Below are positions 34,917-46,680 of a stretch of 64,000 nt of DNA, piece by piece. Source of the DNA: Macrostomum lignano (lineage: Eukaryota); assembly GCA_002269645.1 (NCBI GenBank), contig NIVC01000709.1:62001-126000 (forward strand). Reading direction: 5' to 3'. The translations under genes and the position numbers were made by a program. Below the pieces are notes generated by a model, which was given only the letters and a program-made list of their open reading frames with translations, did not search any database and was not told the DNA's origin. Every line of letters begins with the position of its first letter. Within the stretch, counting starts at the first letter, position 1.

Positions 34917-37010
34917 ACGTCATTCTATCAAACTAAAGCGCACCCAAAAACGGTTTCAAACTTTTTGTTTGGTATTTTTGCCAGCTGAGCTAGACCAAAT
35001 ATACATGGTGCGCATGCGTGAGCATGGCCGCGTTGTCAGAATTTTGGTACTTTCTTTGTTTTTTAGTAATTGAAACAAGGTGTTTTAGTTGTCTCCTGGT
35101 GATGTTATAATACTTATATATTAACGTCATGTTGTACACTACACAACCTCACGTACACGATCCCCGGAGGATATTTTGTTAGAGACTGCATGGAAGACTC
35201 GAGGAATAAATAATAAAAATGTTTTAATTGTATTTGATACATGTAGATGCATGTATACATGTAAACGGATCATGAATATCAAAGTTCAGTCCCTTCATTC
35301 ATTGAGCTTGGTTATCGGTTTAGTTTTTGCAGGAGAGCAACTCTTAATTAGTCGGCTATAGCCGATTTGTTGGTCAGCTATATAGCCTGTTGCCATATTT
35401 TACATGTATCTTGAAGACATGATGTATGCATAATTTTAGTTTTGTTTCAACAAGCTACAAAGCTTTCTGCGTCGAACTATATACATGTACATGAACGTCG
35501 ATCTAAACGATTTAGATCGATGCAATAGCGATACATGCACATGTGTAGTAGGCCGCGGGTTTCTGACGCTGACAAATTCGAATATTTGTTGCATACAGCA
35601 GCAGTGTGTATGTAAAATATGTAAAATGCATAAACATTTTTCAAGTCAGCAGCGCTTACGAACAAGTCGAAATTCCGGGCTGATGGTATCGGCAATGTGT
35701 TGTTAGCTAAACCAAATATGTCCCTTAGATAGCATATTTCAATTATACTGTAGCACTGACTTCGTCTACACGTCTACATGGCTTATTTTGCAACGAGAAA
35801 TTTATAATGCAAGACAGTTTGAAAATTAAACTTTTCTGCTTGCTTCAAGCGCTTGTATATAAGCCAAACAAACTGTATTTTCATGAGCTACATACATGTA
35901 CACGCAGGGATGCCAAAAGAATAGATAAAGAAAAGTGAATTTAAAACTGCACTACAGGCCCTACTGATTCACACCAGTGAAACAAACACAGCTGTAATCA
36001 GAAACTCCTAGCCATCAAGCATCAGCAGAAATGCCATCCACTGAATCCAGCGGCAGTCTGGGTGAGTCCACAGAACTCCTGACTCCGGGCAGAAGGTCGC
36101 GGATGAGCGGCTCCAGCAAGGTATCCGTGGCCATGCTGCTCGTGATGAAACTCTGCGGCAACATGTACGAAAATCAAATGGCCACGTTTGACGTAAAAGC
36201 GTTCAATCAGACAGCTGCCAACACCGGGATTTGCGTCTACGACAAGCAGACGCCGACTAGCATGCTCAATATTGTTGTAATCGCCATGGCAATTGCAGCG
36301 CTTTGTTTACCAACTCTGGGCGGCCTGCTGTCCGATGCTTTCCTCGGGTGCCTCAGGACTCTGTGGATCGGCGTCGGACTGCAGCTGTGCGGCAGCGCCA
36401 TGCTGACGGCCTTCGACTCGGCTGGCCTGGTTTGCCGAATGCCGATGTACCTGCTGGCCTGGGTTCCCGTTCTGCTGTTCCTGGGCTTCAGCGACTCGCT
36501 GACGCTCTACGCGCCGATGCAAATCGCCACGAGCAGCCGCACCAGGCAGCTGCTGCTCTGCCTGTACTTTTTCGCCGCGGCCACCGGCGAGACGATTGGC
36601 AACGTGCCATCCATGCTGAAGTACTTCACGGAGAGAAGCTACGAGTACTTGTGCGTCATCTTCGCCGTCTGCAGCTTTCTTTGCCTGACGGTGCTGACGT
36701 TGCAAAGCGAAGACGCCGTGCTGAGACACGAAAATGTCGAGAACTTCGTGATGCCTAGAAGAAAGCGGCTGATAAAATTTTATCTGATCGCAGCGGGCAC
36801 GATTCCCCATCTGGCCTCCATCACGATGTGCCGAGTCACTCTGTACTGGTACCAGATCCGGATATTCACTCACGCTTACGGCGACAAGGACGTCCTGGCC
36901 TACTTTATCCCGCTTGGTGGCTATCAGACAGCTACGATTTCCTTGAGCCTGGTGGGAGCAGCTGCAATCTACAAGCTCGGAGCACCTGGCTGGGCGAGCT
37001 TAATGACCCG

Positions 37011-40000
37011 TGTTGTAAAGTGAGTTTACTCACTGGGTTGTTTTGCTAGTCGGTGTTTGGGGGTCAAGGGGATCCGATGTACATGCGCGCTCTGTTTGTA
37101 TATGTACATGCGTTCTCGAGTAAATATAAGAATAGCTCCACCCTTTGGGTGAGGGTTTGAATTTTGTTTGTTGGACTAAACCTGACTGGCTTGTCTCTCG
37201 CTCACCACATTTTGGCGTCGCGCGGAGAAATCAATTGATTTGGGCCAGCGTGATTCAGCACAAGCGCGAACTCTAAAATCTGCCAAGTCATGAGCAGCAC
37301 AGAAGGTGCAAATGCAAGTGCAATTGGCGACCCACAGCGAGGGTCCCAACAAGCAGCAGCCCAACAGTCAAGCAGAGATGCAGCCAACAGAATGAGTGTC
37401 AACATTTCGCCACCGCAGCCGTTTCTGCCAGCCGCTGGAGCACCGCTGATTGAATGGAACCGATGGAAAGCAATGTTCAGCAATTACCTGCTAGCATCGG
37501 GAGCCAGCGATCTGCCGGAGCAAAGAAAACAAGCGTTGCTCATTCACTGTTTGGGTGCAGAGGGACAAAACATCTACATGTCTCTACAGGCCAGCAGCAA
37601 TCAGGAGGAAGGAGAGCAACCGCCATCAACAGTTGATGACACGCTGAAGCTCCTAGACATGCACTTCGGACCCAAAGTCAACGTAGTTGCTGAGAGGCAC
37701 AGATTCCGACAGAGAGCTCAGCGACCGGGCGAAAAGATCAGCGACTTCGTTGCCGCGCTGCGAAACCTGGCTTCGAACTGCGACTTCAAGACCTTCCAGG
37801 AGGAGATGCTGCGTGACCAGCTCGTCGAGAAAGTGCTCAGCAACCACATCAGGGAGCGACTGCTTATGGAGCCGGAGCTGACCTTGGCGACAGCTGTGCA
37901 GTTGGCGGAGCGACTGGAAACTGGACTGCTGGAGGCCCAGGCCATCAAGGGAGGCAGCCACACAGACCCAAACAGCTCGTGTGGAGTCCAGCAGATCAGC
38001 AAGGCCAAGAACAGTGGAGCAGCGGCAAGACAGCACGAGGCACTGAAGTCGACAGCCGACGGCCGGAGCTGCGGCTACTGTGGCTCAGCGGCGCATGTCG
38101 GTGGACAGACCTGCCCAGCAAAGGGGCAGAAGTGCAAGTCCTGCGGCAAGCGCGGGCACTTCGCCAGAGTCTGCAGGAGCGGCAACCGAGTGCGACAGCT
38201 TCAGGATGAGTACTCCATCTGCACTGTGTCGACAGCTGCGGCAGCAAGCAAGCACTGCGAAGTGCTGCTGAACGGGAGGCCTGTCAAGCTGCTCGTTGAC
38301 TCCGGTTCGCGAGTCTCCATCATCACCAAGACGACGTACAATAGACTTCTGTCCAACGTGCCCCTGCAGGCGTCATCACGGAAGCTGGTCGCTTTCAACG
38401 GCAGCAAGATCGGCGTGCTTGGTGATATCCTGACCTCGGTGCAACTCAAGGACAAAGTAGTGCCTTACGTCAACCTTAGCGTGGTTAATACCGGATCTGA
38501 CATCCTGGGGTGCGACCTCATGGATCAGCTGGGACTGCGGATCGTCACTGCAGACGGTGAGCGAGTGCAGACAGTCGGCACCAGAGCCCTGCCTGACTGG
38601 ATCCCAGGCCGGTTCGACCAGTTGACTCAGGGACTCGGACACATCAAAGGATTTCAGCACAGGCCGCGAGTCAACCCCGCGGTGCAACCGACTGCTCAAC
38701 CGTTGCGCAGAGTGCCGCTCAGCCTAAGAGATTCGGTTCAAAAGGAGATCGACCAGCTGCTGCAGCAAGGCATCATCGAGGAGGTCGACGCCTCAGACTG
38801 GGTGTCAAACCTAGTCGTGGTGCCAAAGGCGAACGGCTCGATCCGGATCTGCAACGACCTGAGAGGCCCAAACAAGAGCATCATACCGGACAGATACCCA
38901 CTTCCGACCTTTGAGGAGCTCTCCGCCGAGTTTGCCGGGTCACGATGCTTCTCCAAGTTGGACCTGAATTCGTCTTACCTGCAACTGGAGTTGTCTGAGG
39001 ACTGCAGAAATCTGACCACGTTCGTGACGGAGCGAGGCCTATATCGATATCGGAGGGTGTGCTTCGGCCTGAGTAGTGCACCGGCTGCGTTCCAGAAGGT
39101 GATGGCTAAGATCCTCAGTGGCATCAAAGGCGCAGTGCACTTTATTGACGACATCGTAGTGCACGCGGCATCAAGAGAAGAGCACGACAAGCGCCTGTTC
39201 AAGGTGCTGCAAGCTCTGATGACGCACAACGTGACTATCAATACGGCCAAGTGCACCTGGCGCCAGGACAAGGTCAACTTCCTAGGCTATGAGCTGAGCG
39301 CTTCTGGAGTCCGCCCGTTGCAGTCACACGTCGAAGCTATCGAGAAGGTACAGCCGCCAACGAACACCAAGGAAGTGGCTGCGTTTCTAGGCGTCGTGAA
39401 GTACTTTGGCAACTTCATTCCCAGCCTCTCCAGCACGGCGGAGCCCCTCATGAAACTGCTGAGGAAGGACGAGTCGTGGAAGTGGACCAGTGAGTGCCAG
39501 CAGGCTTTTGAGCAGCTGAAGGCAGGAGTGTGCAAGCCACCTTGCCTCAAGTTTTTCGACGCAGATCAGCCGATCATCGTCAGCTGCGACAGCTCAGCAT
39601 CAGCTCTTGGTGCGATGCTCCTCCAGCAAGACTCCGACGGCCAGTGGCGCCCGGTTGCCTTTGCGAGCCGAACTCTGAGTGCTACGGAGCGCCGCTACTC
39701 GGCGAGCGAGAGGGAAGCCCTGGCCTGCATCTTCGCCTGTGAGCGCTGGAACTTCTTCCTTTACGGCCGACGGTTCGAGCTCCACACCGATCACCAGGCT
39801 CTCACCACGCTACTGTCATCATCTGGGAGCGGACACCGGCCACTCAGACTGCATCGCTGGGCTGATCGTTTGTTAAACTACTCCTTCACCGTCAAGTACG
39901 TCCCGGGTGCCAAGAACATCGTGCCCGACTTTCTGTCGCGCTGCCAGGACACGGCCGAGCCGACGGAAGGCGATGAAACAGACGGTCTGGAAGTCCAAAG

Positions 40001-41623
40001 AGTGCTCCTGGCCGAGGCGCTGACCGTGGTCACCGAGGACGAGCTGGCGGAGGCAACGTCAAAGGACGAGCTCCTGGCACGAGTCGCAGAGTTCACAGTT
40101 TCCGGTTGGCCAGACAAGAAAAAGCTCGATGAGCGCCTGCTGCCCTACTGGAGTGTCAGGAACGAGCTGACTGTTTGGAGCAACGGCAGGTGCTTGGCCA
40201 TGGGAACTCGTGCCGTCATACCGGAAGAACTGCGCCAGCGAGTGCTCGACTTAGCGCATCAAGGTCACAAGGGAGTCAGCAGGACCAAGCATCACTGCCG
40301 AGACACCGCCTGGTGGCCCAAAATGGACAGCGACATCGAGAGGTTCGTCAGCAGCTGCTCTGCGTGCATCATCAGTGAGAAGAGCTTCAAGCCGCATCGG
40401 ACAGTGCTGACCCCGACCAAGTGGCCGAAGGAACCGTGGACAGAGCTGCAGATCGACTTGTTCGGAGAACTGCACGAGGGTGCACCACAGAACTGCCGTT
40501 TCATACTCGGTGTACATGACCTGCATTCAAAGTGGCCCGAACTGGTCTGCCTCTCTTCAGCGACGTCTGCGACTATCATCAAGAGTCTCACGGCGCTGTT
40601 TTGTCGCTGGGGCATTCCGCGCGTAATCACCACCGATGGAGGACCCCAGTTCATCTCCCAGGAGTTCAACGACTTCCTAAAGGCGTACGGCATCAATCAT
40701 CGTCAGACTCCGTTCTACCACCCTCAAGGAAATTCCGGAGTGGAGCGCCTGAACCGCGTAGTCAAAGAGGGCTTGAAGAGCCACCTTCAAGACGGCTACT
40801 CGTTCCTGGAAGCGGTGCAGTCCATCCTGTGGGCGTACCGATCGACACCGCATGCGCTGACCGGCGTGACGCCAGCGGAGCTGATGCTCGGCCGCAAGAT
40901 CACCACGCCGCTGTGGACGCTGCAGCCGAAGCGAGCGACTCGAGAGCACCCACTGGCCGATCAGATCCAGGAGCGGCAAAGACGGCAGTTCAAGCGGCTC
41001 AACAGATCCCGGCAGCCGCCGCGCCAATTCCGGGTCGGCGACCTGGTGCGAGTGCGATCTCCGCGGATGCGAGGCAAGCTGCAGAGCCACGTGTCACCAC
41101 CTCTACGGGTCAGCGACATCATCAGCCCGACGATCGTCAGGTTAGAGGACGGCTCAAGGTGGCACACCAGCCTCTGTATGCCTCATGCGGAGCCCGAGGG
41201 TGCCAGCACGACTTCGGCAACGGCAATGCCGCCACAGCCGCCAGTGGCTGCAGAGCCGGCAGCGCCAGAAGGCCCGACGGACCCGCCGCCGGCGACCGCT
41301 GAGGCCGACGCGGAGCTGCGGCGCAGTACGCGACTGCGGGCACCACCGTTGTGGTACGGCCAGGTCGTGACGCATTGATTGACAGCTGTGAAGGGAATTA
41401 GTGACTGTTAAGGAGGAGGGTGAATGTTGTAAAGTGAGTTTACTCACTGGGTTGTTTTGCTAGTCGGTGTTTGGGGGTCAAGGGGATCCGATGTACATGC
41501 GCGCTCTGTTTGTATATGTACATGCGTTCTCGAGTAAATATAAGAATAGCTCCACCCTTTGGGTGAGGGTTTGAATTTTGTTTGTTGGACTAAACCTGAC
41601 TGGCTTGTCTCTCGCTCACCACA
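37011..41623 (+). mobile_element. Intact Ty3/Gypsy LTR retrotransposon (4613 bp)
   Basis: 199-bp LTRs (37011-37209 and 41425-41623; TG...CA) with no difference seen by eye. 5-bp TSD ACCCG, PBS-like tggcg after the 5' LTR, PPT aaggaggagggtgaa. Confidence 0.98.
37290..41378 (+). CDS. Gag-Pol polyprotein (Gag-CCHC, protease, RT, RNase H, integrase), 1362 aa
   Basis: CKSCGKRGHFARVC zinc knuckle, LLVDSGS protease, FIDDIVV RT, VSCDSS...ELHTDHQAL RNase H, HQGH...CSAC and ITTDGGPQF...VERLNR integrase; PR-RT-RH-IN order. Confidence 0.98.
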   Translation: MSSTEGANASAIGDPQRGSQQAAAQQSSRDAANRMSVNISPPQPFLPAAGAPLIEWNRWKAMFSNYLLASGASDLPEQRKQALLIHCLGAEGQNIYMSLQASSNQEEGEQPPSTVDDTLKLLDMHFGPKVNVVAERHRFRQRAQRPGEKISDFVAALRNLASNCDFKTFQEEMLRDQLVEKVLSNHIRERLLMEPELTLATAVQLAERLETGLLEAQAIKGGSHTDPNSSCGVQQISKAKNSGAAARQHEALKSTADGRSCGYCGSAAHVGGQTCPAKGQKCKSCGKRGHFARVCRSGNRVRQLQDEYSICTVSTAAAASKHCEVLLNGRPVKLLVDSGSRVSIITKTTYNRLLSNVPLQASSRKLVAFNGSKIGVLGDILTSVQLKDKVVPYVNLSVVNTGSDILGCDLMDQLGLRIVTADGERVQTVGTRALPDWIPGRFDQLTQGLGHIKGFQHRPRVNPAVQPTAQPLRRVPLSLRDSVQKEIDQLLQQGIIEEVDASDWVSNLVVVPKANGSIRICNDLRGPNKSIIPDRYPLPTFEELSAEFAGSRCFSKLDLNSSYLQLELSEDCRNLTTFVTERGLYRYRRVCFGLSSAPAAFQKVMAKILSGIKGAVHFIDDIVVHAASREEHDKRLFKVLQALMTHNVTINTAKCTWRQDKVNFLGYELSASGVRPLQSHVEAIEKVQPPTNTKEVAAFLGVVKYFGNFIPSLSSTAEPLMKLLRKDESWKWTSECQQAFEQLKAGVCKPPCLKFFDADQPIIVSCDSSASALGAMLLQQDSDGQWRPVAFASRTLSATERRYSASEREALACIFACERWNFFLYGRRFELHTDHQALTTLLSSSGSGHRPLRLHRWADRLLNYSFTVKYVPGAKNIVPDFLSRCQDTAEPTEGDETDGLEVQRVLLAEALTVVTEDELAEATSKDELLARVAEFTVSGWPDKKKLDERLLPYWSVRNELTVWSNGRCLAMGTRAVIPEELRQRVLDLAHQGHKGVSRTKHHCRDTAWWPKMDSDIERFVSSCSACIISEKSFKPHRTVLTPTKWPKEPWTELQIDLFGELHEGAPQNCRFILGVHDLHSKWPELVCLSSATSATIIKSLTALFCRWGIPRVITTDGGPQFISQEFNDFLKAYGINHRQTPFYHPQGNSGVERLNRVVKEGLKSHLQDGYSFLEAVQSILWAYRSTPHALTGVTPAELMLGRKITTPLWTLQPKRATREHPLADQIQERQRRQFKRLNRSRQPPRQFRVGDLVRVRSPRMRGKLQSHVSPPLRVSDIISPTIVRLEDGSRWHTSLCMPHAEPEGASTTSATAMPPQPPVAAEPAAPEGPTDPPPATAEADAELRRSTRLRAPPLWYGQVVTH

Positions 41624-43050
41624 ACCCGCATTCGAGCCGGTCTCTGCTTGATGACCGCCTCAAAAGTCCCGCTGATGCTGTTGAGTCTGCTCGACTTCCA
41701 TCAGGTGATCAGCATGGAGAGCTGGAGCTCCGCAACAGTGTGGACCGTCTACTTCGTGTCCGCCTTTTGCGACGGAGTCACCAACGTACTCACCACAATG
41801 GCCATCTACGAGATGATCTACCGCATTGCTGACGCCGGCGCCAAAGCGACCATGGTGGGCATTTTCTACACGGTCTGGGGACTTGCCATCTTCCTCAACG
41901 GCGCCATTTTGCTGGCTCTGCAGTTCTGCAACGTGCTGCATTTGGACCTTCACGACAGGATGAAGCCGAAGTCGCACTACGCCTACGGCTGTGTCATCTG
42001 CCTGCTGCTGATCGAAATCGCCTACTGGGAGAAGATCTCGTGGCCTCTGGCCTCCGGGCTGCTGTCGGATCACGAGGCTGAGGAGGCCGAAGGGCAGGAT
42101 GGACCTCAGCTGTGCTCATTTGCCGGGCGGGACTGACGCGTGGATTGCTTGCACTTTATGTGCAGTACATTCAGTAATTATTCAGAGTAGATACAAAGTG
42201 CAAGGCTTTAGTGATTTTGAATGCTTCTGTTGCGAGTAATTTTGAGCTGAAAAAACTGTCACGAGGTTCACAAGAACTGACAAATTTACTATTTAAACTT
42301 TATTCTACTGCTCCAATAAACTTAATCTTCTATCATGCAAATTTTGTAGCATAAAATTTGATTCGAATTTGTTTGTGCTGTTATCCATCTATCAAACTCC
42401 GAGAGATGCACTCAGCAACATGCTTAAGTTTCCACCACGCCTGCGGTTCTCGTCTCAACTGTGGGTGATGCGATTTGCTTCACAAGGCCCCCAAGGCCCC
42501 AGCTCAGGCTGTTAAGGAGAAAGCGGAGAGCGATGGCTTTTAGAGTTGAATTAACTAAGGCTGAAACATGTTGCTGGGGGACCTTGCTTTGAAAATTTAA
42601 CATGTAAGGCTCGTTCATACTGCTCGGACTTATACACCAATTTGCGTTGGCTTTGTAAACTAGCTGTGCTACCTAATAGCAGGGACCACTAGGTAAACTT
42701 GTTCTAGTCTAATAGTCCTTGTTTAATTGCAGAGTGAGGGGCCGCAAAGACGGCCACACGCAGTCAGTCGATCTGCCAAATTCAAAGTTAAGATAATCTT
42801 CGCTTCAAAACTGTACTTGAGTCGAGAGAGCAAAAGCGTACATTTATAGAATCCTAACTAAGCGCGGGGCTGCATGCTCCGATTGTGTGCAACTCTGTAA
42901 AATTGCTGTGAGCGCTGTGATACGAGCTACGCTGTAATAAACAAGTCAGTCAGCTGTTTTTGAATGCTACATTCAAGCTTTTAATCAAAGCGACAATTTT
43001 ATGGTAGAAGGCTACGTAAAAGCTCGAGCACAACTCCATTTGCTAGAGGA

Positions 43051-44786
43051 ATGAAAGCCAAAAACCTCGTCCTCGGTCTAGCGGTGGCGGTGGCGGCCGC
43101 TGCCGCACTGCTGGCCAACAGCGGCCTGCTGCACTCGGCGCTTCCCGGCGGAATCGAAGACCCGGAGCCGCTGCAGCGCATTCTGCCTACGTTCAACTTT
43201 GTGTTTTACACTGGCGTTGCCTCATGGATGCTGGGCGCCACTCGGAAAGTGTTCGAACCTGCCAAGTTTCTGTTGCGAATCATCAGGTCGAGCAATGCGG
43301 CCGTCAGCTTTCCTGAGCTTGAGTCTCGAATTGAGAGCATTACAAGGGTGAGCAATGTGGCGCAGGGTAGCTCTGCGGTTAAAGTGTCTTAACTGTACGG
43401 ATCGACCGTCCCTTGATTTGCGAGAAGTATTACCGTTGAAGCCATTAGAGTTAATCCGTAATGTGACGTTAACTCCCGCACTGAAGGCTGACGGATCGCA
43501 GCTCACACTGAAGATCGATGCTCCAAACAAGCAGCAGATGAAGTCGCAGAAACCATCGCCCGCCATCCTATTCCTGCACGGCGGAGGCTATGTGCTCAAC
43601 AGCCCGGCTGAGTACAGCTACCTTACTGGGAACCTGTCCTCCAGCCTCGGCGTGCCAGTCTTCTCGCCCGACTATCGCAAGAGTCCGGTGTGGACGCATC
43701 CAGCTGCGCTGGAGGACGCCCTGGCGACGCTGCGCCACCTGCGGTCGAATGCCGAGGCTTACGGCATCGATCCCGAGCGGCTTCTGCTCGGCGGGGACAG
43801 CGCCGGCGGCCACCTCAGCATCGGCGTCACCCTGCGGCTCCTGCAGGCTGGCGAGGCCGTGCCGTCGGCCCTGCTGCTCATCTACCCTGCCACGCAGCTC
43901 GTCACTTTCTGCCTGCCCAGCCACCTGGAGAATCGATTCGACGTTTTCTTGTCCGAGTCGACGGCGTGCGCATTTCGACTGGCCTACCTGGTTGGCGACA
44001 CGGCCGACGTGCCGGTGTGGAAGGCCAGCAACCACAGCAGCCCAGCCATCAGGTAGGCCGTCTGGACATATCATTTTTAGTGCTTCCCTTCTTTAAACTA
44101 CAGAAGGGGGTTTTGCAGAGCTTTCAGAAGCTCAAAGCTAAACATCGTAGAGATTTCTAATCGCACTGGGAAGTGACTAGCAAGCTGCAAATATCCAAGC
44201 CTAAGCAATGCCCGCAACCATTAGACAACCATGACTGCTCTGTACCCCGAGTGTACTTTGAGGACGCAGTCGAATGTAGACATGCAGCATTCTGTTGATG
44301 CTTGGAGCAGTTACATGTAGTTCATCGCTGCGACACCGCTCTGCCACGAAGCCCAGCATTCAGTCCCGTCTGCACTCGCATTACAGGTCGGAGTTGGCCA
44401 AGAAGTTCGGCCTGCCCCAGCTGGCCAGCCAGTGCCCCAAGGACATCGGGGGAGCCGGACTGGACTGGGCCATCAGCCGGTACGAGTTCGCCTACAGGGA
44501 CTGGCTGCTGTCTCCGCTGTTCGCTCCGGACGAGTTGCTGGCGAAATTTCCACCCAGCCTCACGCAGACCTGCCAGTTTGATGTACTGCGCGACGAGGGC
44601 CGCATGTTCCACGAGCGGCTGGTGCGAGCCGGCGCCGCAGGCGGTTCCAGAAGCCACAGGCACCGGCGCTACGCCTCAGTGCACGGCATGTACGGCTTCC
44701 TGCGGGCCGGTCACGCACCAGCCGTTGCCGCAATGGACGAAGCCAAGACTTTCGTTGCTTCGGTCCTCGGACTGGACAAAAACTAG
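43051..44786 (+). CDS. Arylacetamide deacetylase / NCEH1-like lipase (HSL-family alpha/beta hydrolase), 3 exons, ~420 aa
   Basis: Exons 43051-43347, 43487-44052 and 44387-44786 (phases 0,2). N-terminal hydrophobic anchor, HGGG, GDSAGG, FDVLRDEG and VHG catalytic motifs. Confidence 0.9.
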
Positions 44787-45303
44787 AAAATTTGTAGCCG
44801 TTTTTTACTCACACAATCGGAGCATCCCCGTGGTCCTTGGCAGGCACATGAAACTCTTAAGGCAGAGAGGAACAGAAACTCGCTAAAACAAATCAAAATG
44901 CTATAAAAACAAATGGGCAACGATATAACCCATATTTGGTGGCAAGACTGCTGTCAACACGTATGACTGGGACCAAGGACCACTCAAGTATGACTGGAAA
45001 CTACGTTTTTTTGGACAATTTTAGGAGGCAGGTACTTTACCGAAAAAATACATTTTCAGATAAGACTTTTTCATTTTTCAGCACAAAATTGTTAATGCTT
45101 TTGGATAGCAGGCAGATCCAATGATCAATTTTTGATGTGACTTGCCTTTCTTATAGCTCCATTTGATATTCATAGCGCCTTCTGTTTAGAAAATTGGGAT
45201 TCTATTCTATGCTAATTTTACCGGTATATCCTACGTACAATCGTACAAACCGCTGCTTGGCCAAGTGCAGGAGTCTTGCTGAGTGTGATAAGCACCGAGA
45301 GGC

Positions 45304-46680
45304 ATGTATTCAGAAAAGCACGGTCCAGTGAATGAGGTCATGCCAAAGGAGTCAACCTTGAAGTTCAAGGCATGGCATAAGACACTTTCGCCTCCGCATG
45401 CGGCTTACGCAGACTTTGGGGCCCTGAATCCTCCCGTTGATGACGTAGAGGCTGATGCCACTACCACCAAGAGGTGCGAATGGTGGCGTTCTACGTTGTC
45501 GCGCGGGAAATCATGTCTGGCCCACCTCTGCTTCAGGAACCGCTAATGCTTTTCCACAGGGTTGCAGGTTCCGCAGGCCTGCATGCTTAGATTTCTTGAT
45601 GCGCTCGAAGACGCGGTGGCAGTAAATGCCTACCACTGGAATAAGCGCTACGCTACAGCCATCAGCAGGCCCTCCGAACTCCCGAGGAGGAAGAAAGGTT
45701 CCGAAGTGCCACACGTTGCTGCTTGTGCGACCGGCCATGGTCAATGATTCTCGGCACTTCCACCATGACCATCTGAACGGCAAGCTATTCGGTGCATCCT
45801 GCCCCGAGTATAACGAAGCGGCCGTTCTCAAGGCGGGACCTGCTTCCAGTCTTCTTCCACAATCTTCGCGGGCTAGGACATTTGCTATGCAGCACTGCGA
45901 TTGGTCGCAAGAAGAACTGGGAGTTGAGTGTATTCGCCCAGACCAAGGAGCGGTACATGACACTAGAGGCCCGCATCATGGTGGAGGAGGCTTACGACAC
46001 TAGAGCAGACAAGTGGGTTCGCAAGTTTATGCGACTGCGCTTTCTCGACTCATATCAGTTCATGGCAAGTAGCCTAGCTCAGCTGGTGAAGAACCTCGAG
46101 CGGGATTGCTGCACTCATACTCTGGCCATGCAGCAGCGCTACCCACGAGTCTCCGAGGACATTCTCTTGCAAAAGGGTTTCTTTCCCTACTCCTATGCAA
46201 CCAGTGTCGAGAGGCTGCGCGATCCTCAGCTGCCCCCCAAGAGGCATTCAGAAATGACCTCACGGGAGAGGCCTGTTCCGAACAAGGATTACGTCACTGC
46301 TCACAGGGTCTGCAGGGAGTCCGAGTGTGATTCAATTCGTGACTACATGCTCGCATATCTCGAAATGGATATTCGGCAACTTGCAGCTCCATTTGACGCC
46401 TTTAGACACATGAGTCTAACTTCGGATGGCCTCGACCCGGCACATAACGTTACCACGCGGCCTGGCATGTTGTTCGATGCGGCACCTGTTTTGCCATCTC
46501 GAGTTGGAAATCCTCCAGGACTCGGAAATGTACCACATGTTTGATGATGCTCGCGGTGGCATGACTTTTGTCAACTCGCACATTGCGACCGCCAACCATG
46601 CTGGTCTTGTTGACGGATTTGACCCAGAACGTCCTCCCAGGCCGCCCCCCTCCGAAGTTGCCCATTGTAAGGCACACTAG
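45304..46680 (+). pseudogene. Degraded Polinton/Maverick-type protein-primed DNA polymerase B fragment
   Basis: Across frameshifts: HHDHLNGKLFG (EndoVII-like), FFHNLRG, ERYMTL, RFLDSYQFMASSLAQLVKNL, KGFFPYSY, DYMLAYLEMDI, GLDPAH and LEILQDSEMY..F...RGG. Confidence 0.85.

Larger units (their letters stand above)
33455..35010 (+). repeat. Old dispersed AT-rich repeat, copy 1 (interrupted)
   Basis: Collinear with 62195-62600 (ccttacatctgaatta..., gaaatgaaagtc.tctaaa.acaatt, cattctatcaa.ctaaagcgcacccaaaaac). Confidence 0.75.
36031..42136 (+). pseudogene. Intronless POT/PTR2 (SLC15-like) MFS transporter disrupted by Gypsy insertion
   Basis: LPTLGGLLSDAFLGCLRTLWIG resembles the POT-family GGxLADxxLG motif; multiple TM segments. 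Removing the element and one TSD joins 36031-37010 to 41629-42136 in frame (...LMTRIRAGLCLMTASK...), giving 496 codons including the stop. Confidence 0.75.
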
